Source: Hyphomonas sp.
GTDB taxonomy: Bacteria > Pseudomonadota > Alphaproteobacteria > Caulobacterales > Hyphomonadaceae
Length of the DNA: 64,000 bases
Assembly (NCBI GenBank): GCA_050633385.1
Contig: JBOEGK010000037.1
Span: forward strand, 6,606-70,605
Direction: 5' to 3'
Position 1 is the stretch's first letter. Each line of letters opens with the position of its first letter. The notes under the pieces were generated by a model. The model saw only the letters and a list, made by a program, of their open reading frames with translations. It was not told where the DNA came from and did not search any database. A program made the translations under genes and the position numbers. Of this stretch, positions 1 through 9,520 are shown piece by piece.

Positions 1-736
1 CCTCTCCGCATACATAGGAGCCTGCGCCAACGCGTACTTCGACTTGGAATGGCGCGATGATATCTGTACAGAGTTTAAGGGCTGCGTTTAGTTTGGCAAT
101 GGCATGAGGATACTCAGATCGGACATAGATATAGCCTTTGGTTGCGCCGACTGCCAGACCCGCTATGGCCATGCCTTCGAGGAGGAGGAAGGGGTCGCCT
201 TCCATAATGGCCCGGTCGGCGAACGTTCCACTATCGCCCTCATCGGCGTTGCAGACAATGTATTTCGTATCAGCGTTCGTCTCCGCTACCGTCTTCCATT
301 TGATCCCTGTAGGGAAACCTGCGCCGCCTCGACCGCGCAGGCCAGAACCAGTAAGGGTGGCGAGAATCGTCTCTGCGGGGAGTGTTTTGGCTGCTGCTAA
401 TCCCTCCCAGCCCCCATGTTCTTTATAATCATCTAGAGAAAGGGGGCGAGTTTTGCCCGCTCTGGCAAAGGTGAGGCGGTCTTGTTTGGCGATGAAGGGG
501 TGGTCTTCGATTTTCCCGATAAGAATGTGATCAGCGTTGCCAGAGAGGATGGCGTCTACATCGCCGGGGGTGACTGGGCCATAGCCAATGCCATCGATCT
601 CGACGAGCGGTTCGAGCCAGTGCATGCCCCATGAGGAGACGCGCTCAGCTTGGACCCCGGCTTCGGAGAATGCCGCAGCGACAGCATCTGCGCCGCAGGC
701 GAGCGCGACGGCGTCGTCGGATATGCGCACTTTCAT
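1..736 (-). CDS. fdsB: NAD-dependent formate dehydrogenase flavoprotein (beta) subunit, NuoF-like; runs off the window edge
   Basis: Not in the ORF track. Manual translation from the ATG at 736 (MKVRISDDAVALACGAD...) stays in frame with KYIVCNADEGDSGTFADRAIMEGDPFLLLEG and VRVGAGSYVCGE (NuoF motifs). ATGA overlap with the upstream gene. Confidence 0.85.
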   Translation of the reverse strand, partial: MKVRISDDAVALACGADAVAAAFSEAGVQAERVSSWGMHWLEPLVEIDGIGYGPVTPGDVDAILSGNADHILIGKIEDHPFIAKQDRLTFARAGKTRPLSLDDYKEHGGWEGLAAAKTLPAETILATLTGSGLRGRGGAGFPTGIKWKTVAETNADTKYIVCNADEGDSGTFADRAIMEGDPFLLLEGMAIAGLAVGATKGYIYVRSEYPHAIAKLNAALKLCTDIIAPFQVEVRVGAGSYVCGE

Positions 737-1155
737 CGCGTCTCTCCAATCAGGCGTTTGAGCGCTGGCCCATCTAGCCGCGCATGAACTTTGCCATCAG
801 GTGTCATTGCGGCGGGGCCGACCGAGCAGAGGCCGAGGCAATAGGTGGCTTCCAGTGTCACAGCGCCTTCGCTGGCGGCCTCGGCGTCTGCGACTAACGC
901 TTCAATGCCGCGCGCCTGACACGCCTCTGCACGGCAGATCTTTAAAATTGGAGTGGTGGCCGGCGATTGGCGAAAGTCGTGATAGAATGAGACAACACCG
1001 AAGACTTCAGCACGAGTGATGTTGAGACCCGTTGCGACCGCACGCATTGCGTCTTCGCTTATGTATGAAAATTCAGCTTGAATGTCGTGCAGAATGGGCA
1101 GGAGAGGCCCTTCGCGATTACGATGATTTGCTATGATGTGTTCGATGCGGTTCAT
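733..1155 (-). CDS. fdsG: Formate dehydrogenase gamma subunit, NuoE-like 2Fe-2S protein
   Basis: EGPLLPILHDIQAEF, VVSFYHDFR, CRAEACQARG and YCLGLCSVGPA motifs; translationally coupled to the NuoF-like gene. Confidence 0.85.
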   Translation of the reverse strand: MNRIEHIIANHRNREGPLLPILHDIQAEFSYISEDAMRAVATGLNITRAEVFGVVSFYHDFRQSPATTPILKICRAEACQARGIEALVADAEAASEGAVTLEATYCLGLCSVGPAAMTPDGKVHARLDGPALKRLIGETR

Positions 1156-1562
1156 TCTTGTTCATAAGCCCTATCGCGTAGCCGATTTTTTTGTTGCCTT
1201 AGTATAGCGGCAACGTGGCGCGGCGCTAGTTTGTGTCAGGGCGCCTCGATGGCAATTTGTAACGTCCGGGCAACGTGCTCAAGCACATTTGGCCAAGACT
1301 ATGCAGTATGATGCCGTGAGATGAGACAAGACAGCGCGCAAAAGAGTGATACAGCGTTGGAATCCCCGGTTCTAGGGGCCGTTTTGTGGACATTCGCCCC
1401 ATCCATGCCGCGCTCGGTAAATAGTTTCATAGCGGAATGTTTGAGCGCTTCTGTGGGGTTAACGCGGATTTTTTTCGTCTAGGTGGACCATACGTAAAGG
1501 CTTGCGAGGGAAATTTTTGTCGCCACTCGTATTCCCCAATTGATTTAACTCTTGGAGAATGT

Positions 1563-2594
1563 GTGGAAACGGGCGTCGATCTTCAAGCACTTGAGGCGTG
1601 GATGGACCAGCGGAAGCTAGGCTTTGGCGAGCTACAAAGTGTTGAGCGCGTGGTCGGCGGCACGCAGAACATTTTGCTGTCGTTCCAACGGGCAGGGCGT
1701 GAATATATATTACGTCGTCCTCCGGCCGTATTGCAGCGGAACTCCAATGAAACGATGCGTCGTGAAGCGAGAATATTGATGGCCCTTGCGGGTACGCAGG
1801 TGCCGCACCCAAAGCTGATCGCTGCGTGTTCTGATGAAAACGTTTTGGGCGCAGCCTTTTATTTAATGGAGCCGGTCAAGGGATTTTGTGCGGCGTATGG
1901 CATGCCCGACCGTTTTGCTTCCTCGCCTGAAATGAGACACCAGATGGGCTTATCGCTTGTTGACGGATTAACTGCGCTTGGGCGGCTCGACTATATAGCG
2001 CTGGGGCTATCGGATTTGGGCCAGGACGGAAATTATTTGGTGCGCGAGGTCTCAAGGTGCAAAGCGCGACTTGCCAGCTATGGGGACGTGCCTGAATGGG
2101 ACGGTTTGGCCGACCTTGATGGCGTTGAGCGCATCGGTCAGTGGTTAGAGGCAAATCGGCCAATCGGTTACCAGCCGGGTTTGATTCATGGTGACTATCA
2201 TTTGGGAAATGTAATGTTTGCGATGGAGGCTCCGCGTCTCGCGGCCATCATCGGCTGGGAACGGACGGCCATTGGTGACCCGTTGTTAGACCTTGGCTGG
2301 TTGTTAGCAACTTGGCCGGATAGTGCGGAAGATTTTGGAACTGGTTCGGTTGGGGCAACGCCATGGGATGGCTTTCCAAAGGCGGGGGAGTTGGTTGCAC
2401 GCTATGGCGCCAGCTCTTCTCGAGATGTGTCTGCGATTGAATGGTATGGCGTTCTTGCGTGTTACAAGTTGGCGATCATTCAAGAGGGGACCTATGTGCG
2501 GGCCTGTGCTGGGAAAACAACGATGTCTGTAGGCGAATATTTACACCAGCGCGCAATTTGGTTGCTGCGGCGTGCGTTGCAGTGGATCAGTTAA
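1563..2594 (+). CDS. Aminoglycoside-phosphotransferase-fold protein (acyl-CoA dehydrogenase-associated type)
   Basis: LRRPP, REARIL, HGDYHLGNV, GDPLLDLGW. Start moved to GTG 1563 behind GGAG at 1554-1557. The DWE motif reads GWE. Confidence 0.85.
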   Translation: METGVDLQALEAWMDQRKLGFGELQSVERVVGGTQNILLSFQRAGREYILRRPPAVLQRNSNETMRREARILMALAGTQVPHPKLIAACSDENVLGAAFYLMEPVKGFCAAYGMPDRFASSPEMRHQMGLSLVDGLTALGRLDYIALGLSDLGQDGNYLVREVSRCKARLASYGDVPEWDGLADLDGVERIGQWLEANRPIGYQPGLIHGDYHLGNVMFAMEAPRLAAIIGWERTAIGDPLLDLGWLLATWPDSAEDFGTGSVGATPWDGFPKAGELVARYGASSSRDVSAIEWYGVLACYKLAIIQEGTYVRACAGKTTMSVGEYLHQRAIWLLRRALQWIS

Positions 2595-2637
2595 ATGAAA
2601 TTATAGAAACTGAGGCTGCGCTCATTCAGTTCGGTCC

Positions 2638-5370
2638 TTAGGATTGTTCTACTAGCCATGGTTCATTCTGAACACGCAGTATGACTGCCATGCGACTGGT
2701 GGCGTTGAGTTTCTTCAATATAGATGAAACATGGTGCTCAACGGTGCGCTGAGAGCGAGACATGGCTTCAGCCATCTCACGATTTGTGAGGCCTTTCATG
2801 AGAAGGCTCAAGACCTTTTGCTCTTTGAGCGTTAAGCCCAGAGGGTGATCGCGGGCTTCTTTATAGGGGCCGCGTTTTGTTTTGGGCAGGGCATCTTCGA
2901 AGCCCATTTTTTTGGCCAGTTTTCGTATTTTTGATGCAGCGAGATTGGCTTCCATTCCCTGTAAGATGTCCAATGATTTGGCGAGAGCTACCGGCGTTTT
3001 CTCCTGTGAAAAAGCGAGTGCGGCTTCATAGGGCAGGCCCAAGGCTTGCCATGCTTTTCCCGCGCTGTCGAAGTCTCCATCCAACTCCAAACGGTGAGGT
3101 TCTGGAAGGGATGATGAGGTATCGAATTTTGAATCTTGCTCAAGGCGGCGGCACCACACGGCCAACGCGCCTATATTCCACGGATGTCGGTCTGCTTCTG
3201 ACAAATTCCATAGGGCTTGGAGGTGCTCTGCGGCGAGGTTGGGTTTGTTCAGCAACCATGATGCTTCGAGCATTGATAAACGGGCAGGAACGATGTGTTG
3301 CAATTCATCAGTAGCGAGCGCGTCGTTGAGGGCATTTTGCAGGATAGTCAGCGCGTCATCATGGCCAAGTCGTAACCGTGTGCGGGATAAAACGAGCGCG
3401 GCGGGGAGTTTCATCAGTAAGGTCAGGCGTTCCTGATTCATGACGCCCTGAGAGATGGTTTCTGCATCACGCAGGCGGCCTTGATCTAACCTGAGTTGGG
3501 CCAAGCGGCCCGATAAATAGTAAGTCCACGAATCCAGATCACGCTCGGTGTCGTAAGCGAGCCCGTCACTCAGCGTACGTTCAGCTAAGTCGAATCGTCG
3601 AAATTCAACTGCATACTCGGCGAGGTTATTGTAGGCGCGTGCTGCGTGTTCTTGATGATTGAGAGAGATTGCGAGAGACAAACTTTCTTCAAGCATAGTG
3701 ACGCCAGCGGGATCATCGCGGAAGGCGAGGGCGGAACCGACATTGTTGAGCGCATGCATGCGTACCTCCGGGTCTGGGAAAGCCGCTTCCAGTGCAAGAG
3801 CTTGCTTGCCGAACGTAACCGCCTCGTCCATCTGGTCATTTAACATCAAAAGTTGGGATCTAAGTGAATACGCCATAGCATGTTCTGAGGACGGAGGTGT
3901 TCCCTCGGATACTTTGATGGCTTGATCGGCAAATTTTGTCGCTTCGATAGATTCTCCACGATACCAATGGAGGCGAGAGAGCCCGCGTAAGTTCTCGCTG
4001 ACTTTTTCTGGGCGCTCCAACATTTTCCACAGCGTGATCGCGGTGCGACGTGCGTCGAGTACTTCGTCATCAATACGAGCGGCGAGGCTGGCCTCATATG
4101 CCCAAGACTCGTAGAGGGTGGCGGCTTGTTCCGGGTCCGCATCGTCGACGAACCGCAAGGCGATGGCGAATTGGGCGGCAGCCTCATGGTGAGCGCCAGC
4201 GCGGGAGGCTTGTCGAGCCGCTTCGGGAGCGAATTTCAGCACTGCGGCGCCATCCAGTGCGCCCGCGGCATGGTGAACAATTTGGTCGATTGAAAAGCCA
4301 TTGGAATTGGAAATAAGATTTTCAAATACTCGACGATGAAGGTCACGGCGACGGGTTGCGGGCAACCGTTCCAGCGTAGAGCGACGGACTAATGAATGCC
4401 GAAACCGTATCGCGCCGCCTTTATCTTGCTCGATCAGGCCGCGCTGAAGCGCAAGGTCAATATATTCGAGGGCCTGATCATCTATTATTGTTTCTAGGCG
4501 AGAGATTGGAACGGCATTCGGAAATACGCTGATGAGTTCCAGCAGATCGCGTGCTTTTTCTGGAAGCCTTGCGAGTTGAGCGGAGACGGCATCGCGAATA
4601 GAAGAGGGTAGATCATTACCTAATGTCTTTCGTGCCGCGATTAGCTCTGTGACAAAGAACGGGTTGCCTTCAGTGGCCTGATAAAGCCCATTGGTTTCAA
4701 CGCCTGCTTTCTGTGCGAGCGTTTCGACAGCCTTTTGCGAAAGTGGCCCGATATCGACGCGATAGGTGCTGGGCGCTGGCAATTCACCGACGACCTGCCG
4801 AATGTAGTTATTCTCGTCCATGGCGTCGGTTCGAAATGAGATGAGAATGGCAACTCGCATGAAGGTAATGCGGCGCGCCAGAAAACGAATGAGGTCCAAA
4901 GTTGCGTAGTCGGCCCAGTGCACATCTTCAAACACAAGGACGGTCAATTCTGACTTGTTTTCCAACACTGACACGATCTGGCTGTAAAGCGATGCGCGAT
5001 CGTCGAGGGCATTCAGTAATTCGAGCGTTTTGGGGTCGAGTGAGCTGGCCATGTCGTAAAGTGGGCCGAGTGGTCGCGGGGTAATAAGGGGGTCACAACC
5101 GCCCCATGCCCACGTTTCTTTTGGGTCTGCTGTGTCAATTAGTGCGTGCAGGATGCTGGTTTTACCGATTCCAGCCTCCCCAGATACAAGAACAATCTGG
5201 CCCCGGCCTGCGCGGGCGAGCGAAATTCTGGCGCGGATTTCGTCTAAATATGTGTCTCGTTCAACTATCAAGATAACGGTCAGCCTAAAGTTTCGCGCAG
5301 GGAGTGCTTTTTGCAGTAAAATACGATGTAATCGCGCAGTGAGAAACCCTAAATCGAACCATTGACGCAC
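2638..5370 (-). CDS. ATPase-TPR-LuxR HTH transcriptional regulator (MalT/LAL-like)
   Basis: Walker A GEAGIGKT, Walker B FEDVHWAD, GNPFFVTE, TPR-like helices, C-terminal LTLKEQKVL...SQRTVEHHVSSILKKL. True start may be about 100 nt further in. Confidence 0.9.
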   Translation of the reverse strand: MRQWFDLGFLTARLHRILLQKALPARNFRLTVILIVERDTYLDEIRARISLARAGRGQIVLVSGEAGIGKTSILHALIDTADPKETWAWGGCDPLITPRPLGPLYDMASSLDPKTLELLNALDDRASLYSQIVSVLENKSELTVLVFEDVHWADYATLDLIRFLARRITFMRVAILISFRTDAMDENNYIRQVVGELPAPSTYRVDIGPLSQKAVETLAQKAGVETNGLYQATEGNPFFVTELIAARKTLGNDLPSSIRDAVSAQLARLPEKARDLLELISVFPNAVPISRLETIIDDQALEYIDLALQRGLIEQDKGGAIRFRHSLVRRSTLERLPATRRRDLHRRVFENLISNSNGFSIDQIVHHAAGALDGAAVLKFAPEAARQASRAGAHHEAAAQFAIALRFVDDADPEQAATLYESWAYEASLAARIDDEVLDARRTAITLWKMLERPEKVSENLRGLSRLHWYRGESIEATKFADQAIKVSEGTPPSSEHAMAYSLRSQLLMLNDQMDEAVTFGKQALALEAAFPDPEVRMHALNNVGSALAFRDDPAGVTMLEESLSLAISLNHQEHAARAYNNLAEYAVEFRRFDLAERTLSDGLAYDTERDLDSWTYYLSGRLAQLRLDQGRLRDAETISQGVMNQERLTLLMKLPAALVLSRTRLRLGHDDALTILQNALNDALATDELQHIVPARLSMLEASWLLNKPNLAAEHLQALWNLSEADRHPWNIGALAVWCRRLEQDSKFDTSSSLPEPHRLELDGDFDSAGKAWQALGLPYEAALAFSQEKTPVALAKSLDILQGMEANLAASKIRKLAKKMGFEDALPKTKRGPYKEARDHPLGLTLKEQKVLSLLMKGLTNREMAEAMSRSQRTVEHHVSSILKKLNATSRMAVILRVQNEPWLVEQS

Positions 5371-5371
5371 G

Positions 5372-5411
5372 AAATATAGGTAGTCCTACTGTAAAAAATG
5401 GGAACTCGTAC
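5372..5411. promoter_or_regulatory. Imperfect 18-bp direct repeat with 22-bp period; possible binding site of the adjacent LuxR-type regulator
   Basis: AAATATAGGTAGTCCTAC (5372-5389) vs AAAAATGGGAACTCGTAC (5394-5411), 13/18 identical, immediately upstream of the regulator ORF. Confidence 0.3.
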
Positions 5412-5429
5412 GAATATCTGCGTGGAGAA

Positions 5430-5574
5430 CTTGAGCCTATACATGAAGACACGGCTCAGGGTGGGTCGGAGAGTGTCGGATTTTACGACAAGGGACGAAG
5501 GCCTCTGAACACTAAATTCTCACATTCGCGCTGGGGACAAGCGGTGAGACATAGGTGCCAGAGGCCTGACCCAT
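5430..5574. ncRNA. Candidate structured RNA of unidentified family
   Basis: Nested complementary segments: 5430-5437/5453-5460, 5461-5467/5568-5574, 5474-5478/5486-5490, 5500-5507/5559-5566, 5519-5523/5544-5548. Confidence 0.3.
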
Positions 5575-5690
5575 TCAGGTAAGCCTTAGAATATACCAAT
5601 GAGTATCATGCCAATATGGGTGAGTGGTGCTAAAATCGATGTACTTTAGAGGTGTCAAACCCGTTCAACGATTTTGCTCAAAGGTTAGTA

Positions 5691-6320
5691 TCAATCGGGA
5701 CGGGCGCCTGTCGCCAAAGCGGTGATCGCATCCCAATTTTCTGAATCTAGATGGGCCTTCGGGGTGATCCATGATCCACCCGCCGCGACGACGTTAGGCA
5801 GGTCTAGATAGGTTTTTACGTTTTGCGGGTTGATGCCGCCGGTCGGCATGAATTTGATTTCAGGCAGAGGGCCAGACAGAGCCTTCAACATTGGCACGCC
5901 ACCCGCGGCTTCTGCGGGGAAGAACTTCACGATTTCGAAGCCTTGAGAATAAAGTGAGAGGGCCTCGGTTGGTGTTGCCGTGCCGGGCAGGACCAGCCCA
6001 TCATACTCTTTAAGTGCCGGCACGAGCGCTGCGGGTGTGGCGGGGGTGACGATGAAGTCGGCCCCGATTTTTGCGATCGTGTCGATCTGCTCCGTGTTCG
6101 TAACTGTTCCAACGCCGACACTAATGCCTGTGTTGGCCGAGACAATTTCGGCAATACACTCCATCGCGCTTGGCGTTCGCAAAGTTATCTCGATGGAGTT
6201 GATACCACCTGCAAGCAGGGCGTTAGCCAATGGAACAGCGTGTGCGACCTTTTCGATTGTGACCACAGGGACGACACCGCACTGAGCGAGACGACTGGAG
6301 GCTGAAGAAGTGTCAGTCAT
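5691..6320 (-). CDS. eda: KDPG/KHG aldolase
   Basis: IEITLRT, VGVGTV, VKFFPAE, FMPTGGI; ATG at 6320 preferred as start. Confidence 0.95.
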   Translation of the reverse strand: MTDTSSASSRLAQCGVVPVVTIEKVAHAVPLANALLAGGINSIEITLRTPSAMECIAEIVSANTGISVGVGTVTNTEQIDTIAKIGADFIVTPATPAALVPALKEYDGLVLPGTATPTEALSLYSQGFEIVKFFPAEAAGGVPMLKALSGPLPEIKFMPTGGINPQNVKTYLDLPNVVAAGGSWITPKAHLDSENWDAITALATGARPD

Positions 6321-6516
6321 AGGGAGGAAATCTTTTCTCTTAAAAGTCTGCAACGTAATTGATTTTCTTTAGAAGCGGCGTACGTGGGCCCAGTCAAGAA
6401 CTTGTTGCGCCCAGTTGGTGAGCCGATACTGCCAGCTGAAATGTGTTCTCAACAGGAAGGGCCTCTTCATTTGGGGTGTGCAACAGAAAGAAAGGCGACC
6501 CAGCGTTTTTATGCAC

Positions 6517-6999
6517 TCACCGGTCGATAAGGTGTTCAAGCTTGCCCTCATGTGATTTGATCTCAAAGACGGGGGTGACCGGTGCATTTGGGGCGAAGAA
6601 TTCATAGATGACCGCACCGTCCGTTTGCACGCTTTCGATGATACGGGCAGGGCGAATGCCTTCGTCTGCATCGACAAGAGTTTGGATGGATTCGGGGAGA
6701 TCGCCCCAGTCGAGGTCTCGCCTCGTTTCGACGATATGGGCGGTTATGCCATCCATCAGAATGTCAAACGCGATTTCTGTATTATCGGGCAGTGTGCCTT
6801 CGACATCGTAGTGGACGCGATCTCCACGTACTCTCTTCTGGACCTCGACGGGAGTGAAATCGCTGTGCTCTGCTGCGATGGCGACAATGATAGAAGCAGG
6901 CATGAATGCGGGTTCAACATCAGTGATGGCGACATCTTGTTTTGATACGCAGGCGGATAGTATGAGTGCGGCGATTGATGCGGTGATAAGATGTTTCAT
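6517..6999 (-). CDS. Hypothetical lipoprotein with PepSY-like repeats
   Basis: Signal peptide with lipobox LILSA-C; two YDVEG/YEFFA beta-rich segments. Confidence 0.7.
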   Translation of the reverse strand: MKHLITASIAALILSACVSKQDVAITDVEPAFMPASIIVAIAAEHSDFTPVEVQKRVRGDRVHYDVEGTLPDNTEIAFDILMDGITAHIVETRRDLDWGDLPESIQTLVDADEGIRPARIIESVQTDGAVIYEFFAPNAPVTPVFEIKSHEGKLEHLIDR

Positions 7000-7168
7000 G
7001 GTTTGCTTCTCCGATAAATGAATGGAGCTCTTGCGAAGAGCGCTCGTTCAGGTTTGCGGTGCGGGCGGGGTGCATAAAGGCCGTTGGGGAGCAGAAGTGA
7101 GGAAGCCCTTATTCTGGCGGTTTGGCGTGTCATCTCAGTATGGTATCTCACAAGTTGGGTGGCATGCT

Positions 7169-8167
7169 TTATCGGCGAACGTCTAGCCTGCTATTTGTCA
7201 TTGCATCGTTGACTTCTGCCACGGTGGTTAAGTTCCAATCGCCAAGGATTGAGTGCTTGAGTGCGCTAGCAGCCGTTGCAAATTCGATGAGGGATGCAAG
7301 AGGCATGTTTTCGATCAACCCATGTAGGACGCCCGCGGCGAAGGCATCACCCCCGCCGATGCGATCTGTCACTTGGGGCATATTGTGTGTTTTGGACACG
7401 TGATGCGCCGTGCGTGTGAAGATTTCTCCGGTCAATTTCTGGTCGGTCACGCTGTCTTGTTCGCGCAAGGTTGTGGCGATGGTTTGCAGATTCGGGAAAT
7501 ACTCAAAGGCGAGGGCAATCGCTTCGGTGCGATTTTTGATGGATCGACCAAGTAAGAGAGAAATATCACGTTCATTTATGAAGGCGATGTCCGACCCGGC
7601 TAAGATCTGTTTAAGGATGACTGGCCCATTGCCGCCCCATGATTTCCAAAGGGCTTCGCGATAGTTTCCATCGAAGGAAACTTTAGTTCCAGCCTCACGC
7701 GCGGCTGCTATAGCGGCAAGTGCCGCATAGGCAGGGCCGGGGCCGACCGCCGGCGTGATGCCCGAAAGATGGAGCCAGTCTGCATCTTTGGTGAGTGTGG
7801 GCCAGTCGAAGGCGTCAGGCCCGCTGAGCGCGAAAGTTGACGCGGCCCGGTCATATACGATGCGTGAAGGGCGGGTAACAGCACCATTTTCAAAATAGTA
7901 CGTACCCATACGGCCATCACCGGTTTGAACACAGGAGACGTCGACGCCTTGAGCTTTTAAGGCGGATAGGATGGCGTTGCCGAGGGGGTTGTTCGGCACA
8001 GCACTTATCATTTTGGCGTCATGGCCAAAACGGGCGAGGGAGACGGCGAGATTTGCTTCTGCCCCACCATAGAACACATCAAGATGCGGCGATTGCAATA
8101 AGCGCTCTGAGCGGGGCGCCGTGAGGCGTAATAGGAGTTCTCCAAAGCAAATAATACGTCCGGGCAT
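7169..8167 (-). CDS. kdgK: 2-keto-3-deoxygluconate kinase (PfkB family)
   Basis: CFGELLLRL, GGAEANLA, SFDGNYR, DRIGGGDAFAAG; lies near eda. Confidence 0.9.
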   Translation of the reverse strand: MPGRIICFGELLLRLTAPRSERLLQSPHLDVFYGGAEANLAVSLARFGHDAKMISAVPNNPLGNAILSALKAQGVDVSCVQTGDGRMGTYYFENGAVTRPSRIVYDRAASTFALSGPDAFDWPTLTKDADWLHLSGITPAVGPGPAYAALAAIAAAREAGTKVSFDGNYREALWKSWGGNGPVILKQILAGSDIAFINERDISLLLGRSIKNRTEAIALAFEYFPNLQTIATTLREQDSVTDQKLTGEIFTRTAHHVSKTHNMPQVTDRIGGGDAFAAGVLHGLIENMPLASLIEFATAASALKHSILGDWNLTTVAEVNDAMTNSRLDVRR

Positions 8168-8176
8168 TGCGGATCT

Positions 8177-8305
8177 CTATCTCGTGAACCAGCCGCTATC
8201 GACCGGTAGCGTGACGCCTTGCGCGTGAGCGACAGGTGCGAGGTTAATATGAACAACGCTACTCTTTGCGACCTGTTTGTTTTCCAGCTTCAGCGAAAAA
8301 TTCAT
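8177..8305 (-). pseudogene. Internally deleted short-chain dehydrogenase remnant (KduD-like)
   Basis: RBS AGAGGA, then 42 codons MNFSLKLENKQVAKSSVVHINLAPVAHAQGVTLPVDSGWFTR*. The tail matches the SDR/KduD terminus G.TL.VDGGWLAR*; the stop is 9 nt before kdgK. Confidence 0.65.
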
Positions 8306-8399
8306 CAGGATTTCCTCTTCTAATATGATCGGGCACGCATAGTGTGACGTCCGTGGTAGGGGTTGCCGGTGATGAGGGATACGAGGGCCATCGATATCT

Positions 8400-8413
8400 G
8401 GTAACCGGTGTCA
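8400..8413. promoter_or_regulatory. LacI-family operator candidate upstream of the kduD remnant and kdgK
   Basis: GGTAACCGGTGTCA, CG-centred palindrome; a weaker copy GGCAACCGGTCTTC at 8434-8447. Confidence 0.65.
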
Positions 8414-8449
8414 TATCATCCTGTCTGGCTGGGGGCAACCGGTCTTCAT

Positions 8450-9520
8450 TCACTCAGGTTTTGCGGTGGAGCTTCGAATTACGATCTCCGGCGTAAATGC
8501 ATGTGGGGCACGTTTTCCGCCCTCGGTCACCGTGTGAAGAAGGCTTTTGGCGGCCTCCCGTCCCATCTCTCGGATGGGCAGGCGCACCGTGGTGAGCAGG
8601 GGCCAGATTCTGGCGGCCATTGGCGTGTCGTCGAACCCGACAATCGATAAGTCTTCCGGCACACGTAGGCCAGCCTTGCGGGCGGAGGTGTAAATGCCAA
8701 TGGCCATTTCGTCATTACCCGCAAAAATAGCCGACGGTCGATCGGCCTGTGCCAGTAGTTTATCAGCCGCCTGTACACCTGAGTCATAGGTATAACCTGC
8801 CTCGACAGTCATGCTGTCGGAAAGTTCAAGTCCGAACTCTGCCAACCCTTGGCGGAAGCCGAAGAGACGCTCATGTGCTGAACGGAAGTTTTTTGGGCCG
8901 TGAATGTGGGCGATACGCTGATGTCCGAGCACGGCGAGGTGACGAGCGGCTTGGGCAGCGCCTTCGGAATCATGAGTACGGACCATGCGATGGGGGGCGT
9001 CAATATCGAATGAGGCAATGCGAATGTAATGGGTGCCGAGCTCTTGCAGCATGTCGGCAATCGTCTTGTCCTCGGAAACGGATGGCGGCATGATAATGCC
9101 AGTTGGCCGATGGCTCTCGACGAAGCGGCGCAGCCTGTTGAGGCTCTCCGAATCTGCCCGATCAATCGGATGAAGCACGAGTTGGTAGTCCGACCCTTGC
9201 AGCACATCCAAAATGCCTCGCTGCATGTTGACGATATATTGCGGACTGGGATTGTCATAGGCGAGGCAGATTAGGAATGAACGGCGAAAAGCGAGGGCGC
9301 GGGCCTGTGGGTCTGGCGTAAAATCGTTTTCGCGAATGACCTTCTCAACCTTTGTACGGGTTTGGTCACGCACAGAGGGAGATTTGTTGATCACACGCGA
9401 CACGGTCTTTTTCGAGACGTTGGCGAGACGCGCAATGTCGTTGATCGTGACGCGGCCGCGTTCGTCAGCCTCAGAACTGTGGGCTTTGCCTGAGGGATTC
9501 TTGTCAGATTCGTCGTTCAC
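8450..9520 (-). CDS. LacI-family transcriptional regulator
   Basis: TINDIARLANVSKKTVSRVIN HTH, NDEMAIG, VVGFDD, LTTVRLP. Confidence 0.95.
   Translation of the reverse strand: MNDESDKNPSGKAHSSEADERGRVTINDIARLANVSKKTVSRVINKSPSVRDQTRTKVEKVIRENDFTPDPQARALAFRRSFLICLAYDNPSPQYIVNMQRGILDVLQGSDYQLVLHPIDRADSESLNRLRRFVESHRPTGIIMPPSVSEDKTIADMLQELGTHYIRIASFDIDAPHRMVRTHDSEGAAQAARHLAVLGHQRIAHIHGPKNFRSAHERLFGFRQGLAEFGLELSDSMTVEAGYTYDSGVQAADKLLAQADRPSAIFAGNDEMAIGIYTSARKAGLRVPEDLSIVGFDDTPMAARIWPLLTTVRLPIREMGREAAKSLLHTVTEGGKRAPHAFTPEIVIRSSTAKPE

Noticed and set aside
1290-1305. TGGCCAAGACTATGCA has sigma-54 GG-N10-GC spacing
   Set aside because: Several mismatches to TGGCACG-N4-TTGC, about 260 nt from the next + strand start, and no activator gene nearby
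5420-5590. Glycine or c-di-GMP-I riboswitch call
   Set aside because: Only isolated words match (GGAGA, TCAGGT, GGGACG); the required CCGAAG/GCAA or GGCAAAC elements are absent and no downstream gene lies on that strand
6369-6519. Possible premature stop in the lipoprotein gene (…IDR-TGA-VH) and an overlapping 102-aa ORF
   Set aside because: Cannot be judged without homologue alignment; the overlapping ORF has no recognisable features
8259-8453. 64-aa ORF overlapping the lacI stop
   Set aside because: It runs through the operator sites, and a different frame gives the better-supported SDR remnant
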